A stretch of DNA of 64,000 nt from Octopus bimaculoides. Lineage: Eukaryota. Position 1 is the stretch's first letter; every line of letters starts with the position of its first letter. Shown here piece after piece: positions 11,993 to 25,063 of this stretch. The stretch covers positions 7,532,835-7,596,834 of the forward strand of contig NC_068999.1 of assembly GCF_001194135.2 (NCBI RefSeq), given 5' to 3'. The translations under genes and the position numbers were made by a program. The notes beneath the pieces were generated by a model. That model was not told the DNA's origin. It saw nothing but the letters and a program-made list of their open reading frames with translations, and made no database searches.

Positions 11993-13167
11993 TTCGTTAA
12001 CCGGGCATTTCATTGTGACCTTGAGCAAAGCACTTCATAAACCGTACTTCTAATCCACTTAGCTAGAAATTTGAATCAATCTAGTGCTGGCGAAGCCTTC
12101 TGTCCCTCTATCGGACACATCATTAATATAGCACCGAGCCAAGCATGAGAGGGATCAAAGCGTCCCTGTGTTATCTCATCTTCACATAGGCAAATAAATG
12201 ATTTTGCTAAAACATGGTACATGATGTGATGTCATCATCGCATGCCAGTTAAAGCTAGGTAATATACATACGGCCACACAACTAGCATAAAGTTTGTAGA
12301 TGTTACATTTTAAGCCAACGTAGATGTTAATTTACATATATAACAGATAAAATGCACATAGCTGTACGAGTCATTAAAAACCATTATTTCTGAGAAAATC
12401 TCAAAATGATTTACTTCAAGAGCTAGGAATGAAATTTGCAGCTGCCTCAGTTTAAGATATTAGCTGTCAAAATTCAATCGTATTTCTAAGGTGTAATTTG
12501 CACCTACATTGTTAATCGATTTGTTACATTTCATGAAATGATTCTCAACAGGAGGACATTGCTGTTTTCATTGTTTTTCTTGTTGTTGTTTATTACCACC
12601 TCTTATCGAGAATAATTCTTATCAAAAGCATTCCAGGTGTATCTATATCTCTGTATCTAACACAATATAATACAACGCGTCCTTTGATTTTCTAGGTGCA
12701 ATGGTGTAATTTAAGAAAGATTTGTCATTTTTTTACAGCATTAAGTTACTAAGTATCGTATTGTTAATTCGTTTTATTTTAAACCTAAGAAGATAATGAA
12801 TAATATTTTTTACCTACTTGCTTAAGCACTCGCATGTACATCCTTTACATATCAACCATATTGTATATGACTTGTTGAAAACATTCATTTTATAAGTGGA
12901 AATGAAAAGAAAAAATCTTTACGAAATAACTATAAAATCATACGATTCAAATTCCACATATGTAAATTAAAATGCTCACCTTCATCGATTCAATACCTAC
13001 ACTTCCATGCTCGTTTGGAACAAGAGAAATTGGTTGTGGTAGAATGATTATAGCCAGATACTCCTTCTGTCGTTAAATCTCACTTCTTGGCAAGCAAAAT
13101 AATTTTCTCCCATTTAGGACTTGTTTTAACTGAGGATTTTGAGAATGTTTGTAGCCTTACTGGTATA

Positions 13168-13480
13168 CAGTAATACTTCGACTATCGCGGATGCTACGTT
13201 CAACCCCACTCCCCACAATAGGTGAAAATCCGCGAAGTAGAAACAGTACTGTGCTGTATATTTAAAAAAAAAATTTATATAAAATATATATATTTATTTA
13301 TTTCATTATAAATGCAAAACAAAACCACGGAGGAATCGACGTAAGCTTAAATAGCAAACCGCGATAGGTGAACCGCGGTAGGTGAACCGCGATAGGTGAA
13401 CCGCGATAGATGAACCGCGATAGGTGAACTGCGCTAGGTGAACCATGAACAGTGAACCGCGATGTGATGAGGGATTACTG
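13168..13480. mobile_element. pogo/Tigger-like MITE with internal 14-bp array
   Basis: TA-flanked imperfect TIRs cagtaatacttcgactatcgcgg / ccgcgatgtgatgagggattactg; ~7.5 copies of aaccgcgataggtg at 13357-13462. Confidence 0.75.
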
Positions 13481-13598
13481 TAATAATCCTTTTCAAAATA
13501 TAAAAATCAAGTAGATTGAGATGATTGATACAATCGAATCGCGCTCTATGTCTTGACTATTTACCTTCGTGAAGAGTTAAGTCAATCCTTTTTAAAAA

Positions 13599-13646
<48 letters not shown>

Positions 13647-14504
13647 CATTATTATTATCATTATTATTATATAATTAAAGAAGATTTCTACAGCATATAT
13701 ATATATATATATCAATAAACGATATATGCTTCAACTGCAGCAATCCTGCATCTTGGTCGCTGCAATGTCATCAAGAGTCCATCACTCACGTCGTTTTCAT
13801 AGGAAACTAATTCAAACAAGCTTCCTGCGTTGTTATTCAATTGAAGGCTATAGCGTTACTTTTTAAATCAAATTGAATTCTGGTCCTTATTATATCCATA
13901 CATACAGGTATAGGCATGTGTATCTAAAGCAATACGTTATTCACTTAACGAATATGTCAGGCCACACACCAATTTATCATCGATGGATTAGAATTTTCTT
14001 TATCTTCCCCATGCTTTAACACGTTACTCATGCGTTGGACTGCATATTTTGTAATGTATATCACATATCATATACTTCTATCTACTTATAAGATTATCAT
14101 ACGTAATATTCTATAAATCTGTATAATGCTATGGAATATGGGGCTAATTCCTTGGTTATACAGATATAGTTTCTAGGAAATATTTCTAATTTAAATATTA
14201 ATCTTTCTGAACATATTCTATATACTTACCAGCTTGAAATTTTTCTCGCTCATAATTCCTTGCTTGTTCAACTATCTCTCTGTCTGTCTCTTTTTCTGTC
14301 TATTTATCTATCTATCTAACTATCAATCGGTCGATCGGTCGGTATGCCTGCCTGTCTGTCTGTCTAGCTGGCTAACCGTAGTGATAATGTTTTCCTGTGC
14401 TTTATTTGTTCTTTTATATAAGTATAGAGGCATACACACGCACACATACACACACACGTGTGAAGATATATGCATACATACATACATGTGACCGCGTGTG
14501 TATC

Positions 14505-14700
14505 GTTGGCGATTTTCTTTCTCTGTCTTCCCTTCTTTGGACTTTTCCTATATTTCTGATGAAGAGTTCCGCTCGAAACGTGAAATCCTCTTTCTTTTCT
14601 GTCCTTTCCTGATCGTCCAATAACACTCTTCTTATTCCACGAACTGGCGTTGTTGTTTTATTCGTGTTTTTTTCTTGCTTGTTCATGTTTGGATTGACTA
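14505..14700 (+). mobile_element. Short non-coding repeat carrying a hammerhead motif (PLE terminal-repeat-like)
   Basis: ATTT-CTGATGA-A-GAGTTCCGCTC-GAAAC-GTG-AAAT at 14552-14586 in a pyrimidine-rich element ending in (TA)n. Confidence 0.65.
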
Positions 14701-14809
14701 TGTATATATTATATACATCCATCTATATATGTATCTATATACCCACATTTTATGTATATACATACTCATAAACAGACACAGACAAACAGGTACACACACA
14801 CATACACGC

Positions 14810-14856
<47 letters not shown>

Positions 14857-15888
14857 NNNNNNNNNNTCTGTCTTTGAGAAACTTTCTTCCACTTACTATT
14901 TAATATACGTAAAATAATGTGCAGCCTGTACATTGGGCCCTCTTTAGAATTTCACACAAGACTCTTCAATTTCCCCTGGATGTCTCTTACATTCTGAATT
15001 AAAATTTTTTTCCAGCCACTAAAATATAAGTTAATTCAAACCAATTTTGTCCTTATAAACTTACTATATAGCGATTAGATAACTTATTTGGAGAAAGATT
15101 TTTCATTCGTGAAATTTTCTCATTTTATCAATCATTCCAAAAATATGAGATTTTTCTGTGTCCTTTAGAATTACTCTGCTACTCAATTTGATCCATGCTT
15201 TAATATGCTCTAAAGTAGGTGTACTCCACATTTAAATATATTAGATATTGACACGAGGTTTTAATTGCAGCGAGATATGATTTTGCTCATCGGTTCCATA
15301 ACCACTGAACTATTCGCAATGTCTCCATTTATGATATTTATGCATTGCACAAGAATATTATTGCCACCTTAGTGTATAATATTCACGTTCAGTTCAATGG
15401 TCAACGACAATATTCGCATTTCAGCATTTTCATCTAATTTTCAGATCGATGATCGATAGTGCCTTAAGGTCTCTGGAGGAGTCACACACATGATGGATGG
15501 ACTCTCAATAAATCAAAAATAGGAAATAATTAATATTAGTAAATCTGTGAATTCTTGACTTTCGCTAACGCAGCAACCAGATAGTCGTAACCATTTAAAT
15601 CTCTATTGAATTATAAAATCGAATTAATAAAACTGCTTAATGGTATTATTGCTATCAAGACAATCCATCTCCGATACATATAATCAGAAGTGTGAAAAGA
15701 AATGAGCTGTACAATATTGATTTGTTAAATACATAAGATATTAATATTGATTTTCAACATTGACAAAATGATACAACTTTCAGATAAGCGGGTATATAGT
15801 CGATTAAAGTGTACTTGGTACTTGTTTTGTACTTTCTTTTATCAGCCTCTCATCGAAGAAAGGTAAAGCTGAATATGGAATGTAATGG

Positions 15889-15970
15889 ACTCATAACGGA
15901 AAGACAACTCATAACGGAAAGACAACTCATAACGGAAAGACAACTCATAACGGAAAGAAAACTCATAACG
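15889..15970. repeat. 18-bp minisatellite, ~4.5 copies
   Basis: Unit actcataacggaaagaca. Confidence 0.95.
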
Positions 15971-16135
15971 AGAGCTAAGATATGTATGTGGTTTCTAATT
16001 TGATTCCAGATCATCGGTTTTAAATTAACGTCTTTAGTTGATATCACATGCACCAGTACCTGAGTAGGACTTGGAATGTTGTTTTATCCAGCCTGGAAGG
16101 ATGGAAGGTAAAACTGATCCCGGTGATTCAAATTG

Positions 16136-16280
16136 ATAGCAATTGAAATAATTTAAATAAATTCATAGCGATTGGAATAATTTAAATAAATACATAACAA
16201 TTGAAATAATTTAAATAAATTCATAGCAATTGGAATAATTTAAATAGATTCATAGAAGCAGAAATAATTTAAATAAAATT
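16136..16280. repeat. 29-bp AT-rich minisatellite, 5 copies
   Basis: Unit atagcaattgaaataatttaaataaattc; copies 1-4 alternate ttgaaa/ttggaa. Confidence 0.9.
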
Positions 16281-17029
16281 TAAGATACTTTAAAGCAAGA
16301 ATCTACAAACCATACAAAGGCTCACATTCTATGTTCCGGGTGGATGTAATGTCGAAAACTACATTATTATTTATAATTTCGAAGTGGAAATAGTTACGAA
16401 CACTGTCAAACAAAAAATATTTCGATAAGTAAAAATAACACAAAATATCAGAAAAGGGAAGGGAAAGTTATAAAGAAAATGGAACATATATCGAATAAGT
16501 AATGGGGCGATTAAAAAGGGAAAACACTTCATGGCAAATCCGGCAAATATGACAGGGGGGTATTAAGGTGAAATTAGGCATGGCGAATGTGCTAGAGTTG
16601 TGGGCTAAAAGCAGAGACGTAAGGCAAAATGTTAGTTGTACAGGGCCGTTATCTAACCAAAAACATTATGAAAAGGGAATTCATTAGAAACAAGTTAACT
16701 TTAAGAGCCAACTATGCAATTAGTGCCAGAAAAGGGCCTGAGCATTCCGGCTGTTCAGTTCTTTTCAAGTTTGTACACACACATGCACAACGGTTACCTA
16801 AACGGCACCGATCTTAGAAGACAGAATATCGACACCTCATGTTGAAAACGAGGTGGTATACTTATGTACCAAACACAGTCCATGACAACGATGGGGCACT
16901 TTTAATTAGGATACGTCTGTCGAAACAGGCACGTGGATTTAAGGACCGAGAGTCAAATGTCTGTACAATCATAGACATTTCCATAGCGTATGAATAAACC
17001 ATTGCTATAAAAACCAAAGTGCAAGTATA

Positions 17030-17745
17030 TTCTTTCCTTTTCTACTCTAGGCGCAAGGCCCGAAATTTTTGGGGAGGGGAGCAGTCGATTAGATCGACCC
17101 CAATACACAACCCATACTTAATTTATCGTTCCCGAAAGGATGAACGCAAAGTCGACCTTGACAGAGTTTGAACTCAGAACGTAAGGATAGACGAAATGCC
17201 GCTAAGCATTTCGCCCGGCGTATTAACGTTGTTTATATTCTCTTCTACTCTAGTCACAAGGCCTGAAATGTTTTGGGGGAGAAGGGGCCAAGTCGATTAG
17301 ATCGACCCAAGTAAGCAATTGGTACTTAATTTATTGACCCTGAAACGATGAAAAGCAAAGTCGACCTCGGCGGAATTTGAACCCAGAACGTAGTGGCAAA
17401 GAAATGCCGCTAAGATTTCGCCCGGCGTGCTAACGATTCTGCCAGCTCGCCACTTTAAGTCATTCTATTTAATGTCCTACTAATTATCCGAATGCACTAT
17501 GTATGTTTGACTCATATGATATTATGATTCATTAACTTAACGAAATAATTAACTTCATATTTTTATATGTTGGTTTCAAAATTTGGCACAAGTCCAACAA
17601 GTGCGATGGAAGATAGTAAGTCAATGTAATCTCAACTGGTACTTGTTTTATCAATCGACCCCAAAACGATGAAAGACAAAGTCGACCTCTGTGGGATATG
17701 AAATCAGAAAATAATGAATCGGAAGAACTGCCGCTAAGCATTATA
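17030..17745 (-). mobile_element. Cluster of three SINE family A copies (tail type 1)
   Basis: Copies at ~17030-17228, ~17238-17455 and a diverged ~17570-17745, all in the same orientation. Confidence 0.85.
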
Positions 17746-18120
17746 TTATATCCTACAAACGATTCTAGATGCTTGCCGCCTCATATTATTATATATTTAT
17801 GTAATATCACTGTTTCTGTATTCTGTAAATACCTACAACGATTAATAGCAAAATGGCGACTGGAATACAAGCACGTCGACATGAATGAATGTGTTACGTC
17901 TTTGCTTAATCATAGAACATCTGAGTTCTTAAGTAATAATCTGCAGCTTGGGAATATTGCTATGAAAATATCTACAGCTTTGACGTCATTCATGCACTCA
18001 ATTGAATTAGCTGCCATATATTTTAATGAAAGACGGAAATACAGGGAAAATTGAAGAGAAGAGAGAATGAAAACAAGTAGACAAACATACAACTACATGT
18101 ATAGAATAATACTATAACTG

Positions 18121-18339
18121 TGAGGAGGTGATGAAAAGTTCCTGGCTTTGCGTAAGAGAAAATACAGGAAGATCAGTTAATTATGATTTTATTCAACATA
18201 TTCCCATCTCAGATTCACACGCTCATTGCACCAGTCTTTCAGTTTTTCTAAGCCCTGTAAAAGAACTCGGAAGGATAGGCCTCCAGCCAGGCCTTTTGCA
18301 ATACTCTTAAAGTGAGAAACTTTTCAGCACCTCCACGTA
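18121..18339. mobile_element. Mariner-type MITE (~220 bp)
   Basis: Imperfect TIRs gaggaggtgatgaaaagttcctggcttt (left) and aaagtgagaaacttttcagcacctccacgta (right); no coding capacity. Confidence 0.7.
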
Positions 18340-19308
18340 TATAAGTAAAAATTATTGGAGATGTAATTTAATCTATGAGTAGAATTGTAGCAAGTGAATC
18401 CTTGTTATCAGTGTTAATGTCTCTTTTGAAATAAGTAACTGAATTATAGCAGACATGCGTTTTTTGTGTACCTATATATTTTGGAGAGACACGGTGAAAG
18501 AGGCATAAATATATACATTTATATATATATATATATATATATATNNNNNNNNNNNNNNNNNNNNNNNNNNNNNNNNNNNNNNNNNNNNNNNNNNNNNNNN
18601 NNNNNNNNNNNNNNNNNNNNNNNNNNNNNNNNNNNNNNNNNNNNNNNNNNNNNNNNNNNNNNNNNNNNNNNNNNNNNNNNNNNNNNNNNNNNNNNNNNNN
18701 NNNNNNNNNNNNNNNNNNNNNNNNNNNNNNNNNNNNNNNNNNNNNNNNNNNNNNNNNNNNNNNNNNNNNNNNNNNNNNNNNNNNNNNNNNNNNNNNNNNN
18801 NNNNNTATATATATAAACAATATATGAGTATATGCATATATATGTACATGTATGTACATACCTTCATCTACATGTACATATAGATACATATCTGGGTACA
18901 TGACGTTGCAAAGAAACATAGACAAAATGATAAACAAGGTACAAAAAACAAGCAGGCCACATAGAGAACATATCCTTCATCAGCTGCCACCATTAAAACA
19001 CTGGTGTTTCGAAGAGTTAGGGTTTTTATACATATATATATATCAGCATATAAATATTTATGCATATACTGGTACACACGTATTTCACGAGATGCAGAGG
19101 GATATTTACAATGTCAAAGAGATCACAATTCTAAAACCCTGATTTGCGTATCAGGGAGAAAAAAAAAATGAAATAAAAAAAAATTGACTTAGGATATGTA
19201 AAAACTAAGGATAAATTTAATACAATTTCCAATAATATAAGCAGATCCAGAGTCGTCAAATTAGCGGAGTTATTGGAGCACTTAAAACAAGTGCCCTGTT
19301 TTCTTCGC

Positions 19309-19760
19309 CACCACCACCACCAGCACCACCACCACCAGCACCACCACCAGCACCACCACCAGCACCAGCACCACCACCACCANNNNNNNNNNNNNNNNNN
19401 NNNNNNNNNNNNNNNNNNNNNNNNNNNNNNNNNNNNNNNNNNNNNNNNNNNNNNNNNNNNNNNNNNNNNNNNNNNNNNNNNNNNNNNNNNNNNNNNNNNN
19501 NNNNNNNNNNNNNNNNNNNNNNNNNNNNNNNNNNNNNNNNNNNNNNNNNNNNNNNNNNNNNNNNNNNNNNNNNNNNNNNNNNNNNNNNNNNNNNNNNNNN
19601 NNNNNNNNNNNNNNNNNNNNNNNNNNNNNNNNNNNNNNNNNNNNNNNNNNNNNNNNNNNNNNNNNNNNNNNNNNNNNNNNNNNNNNNNNNACCACCATCA
19701 CCACCACCACCACCACCACCACCACCACGGTTATCACCACTACCACTAACAATAACAACA
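19309..19760. repeat. (CAC/CAG)n triplet microsatellite spanning a gap
   Basis: Direct reading on both sides of the N-run. Confidence 0.9.
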
Positions 19761-20027
19761 CTATAGACAACAATAACAACGAGAACGCCGAAGACTCAAC
19801 ATAAAGCCGAGCATTAGATACAATTCTAAAGGATTAGCATCTTTATATAAGGAATTTTTCGAACATGTTATTATTGAGAGATTGTTTTCAAGAAAAGGAG
19901 AATTAGGTCAACAAGACCTAAAGGCTAACAGAATACTATTTACACTTACGTTGGAATACACAAGCTAAAAATTAATTCTCAGCTAATAAATATACATATA
20001 TATAAGAAATGTATATATATACATACC

Positions 20028-20127
<100 letters not shown>

Positions 20128-20132
20128 AAATG

Positions 20133-20204
<72 letters not shown>

Positions 20205-20469
20205 AGTGTGTGTGTGTGTGAAATCAATCGATTTCCATATTGATCGCTCTGGGGAATATCTTCGAGTGAATGTCAATGGATTTATTAATTTTATTTTGCC
20301 ACAAACAGCAAGAAACAATACTGGAAGATAATATATTTCATTATTTACATATATGTTTCTCGTATTTTCACTTTTCTTGTTTTTATCCCTAATATGTGGT
20401 GTAAATCGCGATGGCTTTATTACTGGTTCAAACCTATAAAAACTAATGTTATCAGCATCATCATCATCA

Positions 20470-20510
<41 letters not shown>

Positions 20511-20924
20511 GAATGAGAGAGCAGTGCATGCCATCAAAGTGACACTGGGGTACAAATATACGAACCCCATTATACCCATCATGACTACTCGTCTGATAAG
20601 GGTACACCAGGCATATGCATCACAATCATATGTGTGCGACATGGTGATCTCATATCAAGATAAATAGCACATGACCTCGCAGGTGGGGCCCAGTTAGAAT
20701 TTTCTTCAGGTCAAGTAGCCCATCCCGCTCAAAAGGTCCCTGAATAAGGTTTGTTTAAGGATGTTGAACAAAACACCCCTGTTTCCAAAGATAAACTATT
20801 CAAACCCCAAAGAATTCCTCTCAACACATGGCTATGATTCTCCCCCACTACTTCTGCTCATGATCAGCGATGCACACATCGTCAGCCACCAAGGGACATG
20901 CTTAACTGGTTAAGGTCAAACAAC
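20511..20924. mobile_element. (ATT)n-embedded repeat element, copy truncated by a gap
   Basis: Collinear and highly similar to 61706-62120; (ATT)n before it and after the 10-N gap. Confidence 0.8.
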
Positions 20925-20934
20925 NNNNNNNNNN

Positions 20935-20969
<35 letters not shown>

Positions 20970-21157
20970 TTCTTTTTATCACAGATTTTGTTGGAACTCC
21001 TGTAGTCTTGCATGCGTGGGAAGATTGCTACTTGCAACCTACGGTACCATGATATCCAATACTTACCGCATTAATCTTGCCGTACCAAGGAGGAAAAACT
21101 TTTGTAACAGTAACTATTGTAACTGGGCACTCTATTCCAATTTCCCTTATTTTCCAC

Positions 21158-21197
<40 letters not shown>

Positions 21198-21819
21198 GGT
21201 TATTGTGGCGTAGGCAGAAACATGCTTGTTTAGATCGATCGTTTTGCATATATGTTGTTTTTTATTATCGGTTCTTAACCTTCAACTAACTTATTGTTGT
21301 GCGTAGAAAGCATTTTCACTGGAAAAATATATTTGTTGCATATGTGGATTGTAATGTAAAGAAATGTTTTAAGGTGGCCGGATTCCTAGAATGACATTTA
21401 TGAAATCCTTTACAATAACGTGCATTTATTTTTTGACATTTATTGAAATATCCTTTGACAGTCGTNNNNNNNNNNNNNNNNNNNNNNNNNNNNNNNNNNN
21501 NNNNNNNNNNNNNNNNNNNNNNNNNNNNNNNNNNNNNNNNNNNNNNNNNNNNNNNNNNNNNNNNNNNNNNNNNNNNNNNNNNNNNNNNNNNNNNNNNNNN
21601 NNNNNNNNNNNNNNNNNNNNNNNNNNNNNNNNNNNNNNNNNNNNNNNNNNNNNNNNNNNNNNNNNNNNNNNNNNNNNNNNNNNNNNNNNNNNNNNNNNNN
21701 NNNNNNNNNNNNNNNNNNGTGTGTGTGTGTGTGTGTGTGTGAGCGTGTGTGCGTATGTTCGTGTGTGTGTATGTGTGTGTATAAATATAAACACACACAT
21801 ATATATACACATATATATA

Positions 21820-21871
<52 letters not shown>

Positions 21872-21958
21872 CACACATATATATTCTTACTCACATATAT
21901 ACATACATATATAATTATATATATATATATATACATATAGAAATAAACATATAGACAT

Positions 21959-21990
<32 letters not shown>

Positions 21991-22089
21991 TCTTAAATAC
22001 ATATATACATACATATATGCTCTTTCATAAATATATACATACATATATATTCTTATATACATATATATGTATACATAAAAAATTTATGT

Positions 22090-22320
22090 AACGCTTTGGG
22101 GTCTTTACATACTGCTGTAATACAAGTGCCCGATGTTTTATTGGTATGTCTTTCTTTAGTATATTTTGTCTCCTTTCAGAACAAAACTCCCACGTAGAAA
22201 TTTCTTATACAATAAAACACAGTTTTCGGAGGTGGTTTTATGTACACTGTATCTGAAAAGAAACTGGAAAGATGCAATAATAGCTCCCAGATACTTGACC
22301 TTCTGTGTTCTAACTTATAC
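22090..22320 (-). mobile_element. Possible highly degenerate LINE RT C-terminal relic
   Basis: Minus-strand peptides KVKYLGAII and KKDIPIKHRALVLQQYVK resemble the RT YLG motif and the following RTE-type helix; frameshifted. Confidence 0.3.
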
Positions 22321-22604
22321 ACTGCGCTACTTAAATATTTATACATGAAGAAGTGGTATCAGAAATAAATATTTTCGAAATATATCGAAATATATCGAAT
22401 TCTAGTAAGAGAAAACTTGTAAATTTGGAGATTCCAAAACTTATTCAGAAGAGAAAATTGCCGACAGAACTATGCAAAAGCAGTGTGGTTTACATATTTC
22501 ATCAATTCCATAAGTTAAAAACCTTGAGTATTTCAACCGAAGAAACTAAATCCTGTTAAGTCTTTCGTATAAGCTCCCAAACTTTTGTGTGATTCTATTG
22601 ATGG

Positions 22605-22760
22605 TACCAATTCTTGGGGTTCTGTCGGTTGCGACGACGAGGATTCGATTGGATCCGATCAACGGAGCAGCCTGCTCGTGAAATTTACGTGCAAGTGGCT
22701 GAGTACTCCACGGATACGTGTACCCTTAACGTAGTTTGCGGGGAGATTCAGCGTACTAAG
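22605..22760 (-). mobile_element. SINE family C 3' fragment
   Basis: gatccgatcaacggagcagcctgctcgtgaaatt.acgtgcaagtggctgag... matches 31140-31260. Confidence 0.7.
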
Positions 22761-23280
22761 CTCGCAACGACGTCTACACCGGAGGTACAGCATATTATAA
22801 TCCCACGCAGGCCATTTCAATCTCTAGTTGATCCAAATCTCCCACCGTTCTCTCCTAGATATAAGGTGGCCTTATCTCCCGAGAAGTAACTTCATAATTC
22901 TCACGGAGTGAAACTTAAGCAACAACTACCAACATACAAACGTAGTCTATGAATGTATGTGCAGGGACGGCTTAAAGCGGTTTGCAAATATTGGACGGAC
23001 GATACGGCTAACCCTGTGACGGAAAACATATCTATTCCTATGTGGTCCTAAGACTTTCGTACTTAAAATGGTGAATCAAGTTCAAGTGAAGGACAAAGAG
23101 ACTTCGAGTAAATTTTGAACTCTTCGCAATTGTCTACTTTGATTTGTTAAGTACAAAAATATACACTTTTCAATCTTTGTAAATTCATGAATATATTAAT
23201 ATTTGTCTCTTCTGTGAGACTTAATATTTAACTTGATGGATAGCATATATATAAAAAGAACCACATGTTGCATACTGTGG

Positions 23281-23336
<56 letters not shown>

Positions 23337-24649
23337 NNNNNNNNNNNNNNNNNNNNNNNNNNNNNNNNNNNNNNNNNNNNNNNNNNNNNNNNNNNNNNNN
23401 NNNNNNNNNNNNNNNNNNNNNNNNNNNNNNNNNNNNNNNNNNNNNNNNNNNNNNNNNNNNNNNNNNNNNNNNNNNNNNNNNNNNNNNNNNNNNNNNNNNN
23501 NNNNNNNNNNNNNNNNNNNNNNNNNNNNNNNNNNNNNNNNNNNNNNNNNNNNNNNNNNNNNNNNNNNNNNNNNNNNNNNNNNNNNNNNNNNNNNNNNNNN
23601 NNNNNNNNNNNNNNNNNNNNNNNNNNNNNNNNNNNNNNNNNNNNNNNNNNNNNNNNNNNNNNNNNNNNNNNNNNNNNNNNNNNNNNNNNNNNNNNNNNNN
23701 NNNNNNNNNNNNNNNNNNNNNNNNNNNNNNNNNNNNNNNNNNNNNNNNNNNNNNNNNNNNNNNNNNNNNNNNNNNNNNNNNNNNNNNNNNNNNNNNNNNN
23801 NNNNNNNNNNNNNNNNNNNNNNNNNNNNNNNNNNNNNNNNNNNNNNNNNNNNNNNNNNNNNNNNNNNNNNNNNNNNNNNNNNNNNNNNNNNNNNNNNNNN
23901 NNNNNNNNNNNNNNNNNNNNNNNNNNNNNNNNNNNNNNNNNNNNNNNNNNNNNNNNNNNNNNNNNNNNNNATATATATATATATATATACATATATACAT
24001 GTGTGTGTGTGTGCACGTGTGTATGTCTCCATATATTTGGATATTGTTTTCTATGATTTCTTGTAAAGAAAATCAAGCTTTAGAGTTTCTGCTTATATTT
24101 TCTTTCAAACTCTTTTGAAGATTATTTCTCTCAAATATTCTTCTTTCAAACATTTTCTTGAATACACGAAAATTTATTTATTTCACAGAAATATATGAAT
24201 ATTTCTATGCATTAGTGTTTCTCGGGTATTTTTTTCTAATCAATTTAGTATTCTATTCAATAAAATTTTCTATTTCAAGTACCTTTCTAAGCATTAAACT
24301 AGTAGATAGCGTTCCGGAAAATTAACACCTGGTTGCGCCCAAAATACTATGTAATTTAGTTACACAACGGCAATAAATTTAAAGAAAAGGTTTCGACCCA
24401 TAACATCAACTTCAATTCTTGGTTGGTATTGTATTCTCTGCACTCGGAAGAGATAGAAATCGAAGTTCATCAAAACCTGAAGAACCGCCAGTAATTTCGC
24501 AAGGTATTTTTTGGAAACTCTCAGTGAATTAGTGATTTTTTAACTGTGTATTTTGATGGCAATTAATTCGTAAAATGAAGACAATCCTTTTCATTTAGAA
24601 TGTTACTTTTTAGAGGGTTCATTTAGCTTATTACACATTTAGAGTACTT

Positions 24650-24803
24650 CAGGCTGTTCAAATGTGTTTAAAAAGCTGTTCAGATGTGTTTAGAAGGCCG
24701 TTCAAATGTGTTTACAAGACTTTTCAAATGTGTTTACAAGGCTGTTCAAATGTGTTTACAAGGCTGTTCAAATGTGTTTACAAGGCTGCTCAAATGTGTT
24801 TAC
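24650..24803. repeat. 22-bp minisatellite, 7 copies
   Basis: Unit aaggctgttcaaatgtgtttac, no spacers. Confidence 0.95.
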
Positions 24804-25063
24804 GATATTCGACGCGGTGTATAATATCTATCTATATATATATATATATCTATATATATATATATANNNNNNNNNNNNNNNNNNNNNNNNNNNNNNNNNN
24901 NNNNNNNNNNNNNNNNNNNNNNNNNNNNNNNNNNNNNNNNNNNNNNNNNNNNNNNNNNNNNNNNNNNNNNNNNNNNNNNNNNNNNNNNNNNNNNNNNNNN
25001 NNNNNNNNNNNNNNNNNNNNNNNNNNNNNNNNNNNNNNNNNNNNNNNNNNNNNNNNNNNNNAT

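Noticed and set aside
12980-13850. Minus-strand exon candidates with GTGAG donors (12980; 13782, LQRPRC)
   Set aside because: Weak acceptors, in-frame stops nearby, and no recognisable motif; PRC lacks the MMP cysteine-switch context.
16790-16890. Minus-strand SIPPRFQHEVSIFCLLRSVPF as a C-linker exon
   Set aside because: Weak acceptor and spacing shorter than real C-linkers; likely chance resemblance.
17698-18054. 118-aa plus-strand ORF
   Set aside because: Starts inside a SINE remnant; no recognisable domain or splice support.
19273-19779. Poly-His / poly-Val ORFs
   Set aside because: (CAC)n microsatellite across a gap.
24360-24480. Minus-strand VLMNFDFYLFRVQRIQ... as the next exon after 27624
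   Set aside because: Phase fits, but the donor is weak and a plus-strand reading is equally plausible; insufficient support.
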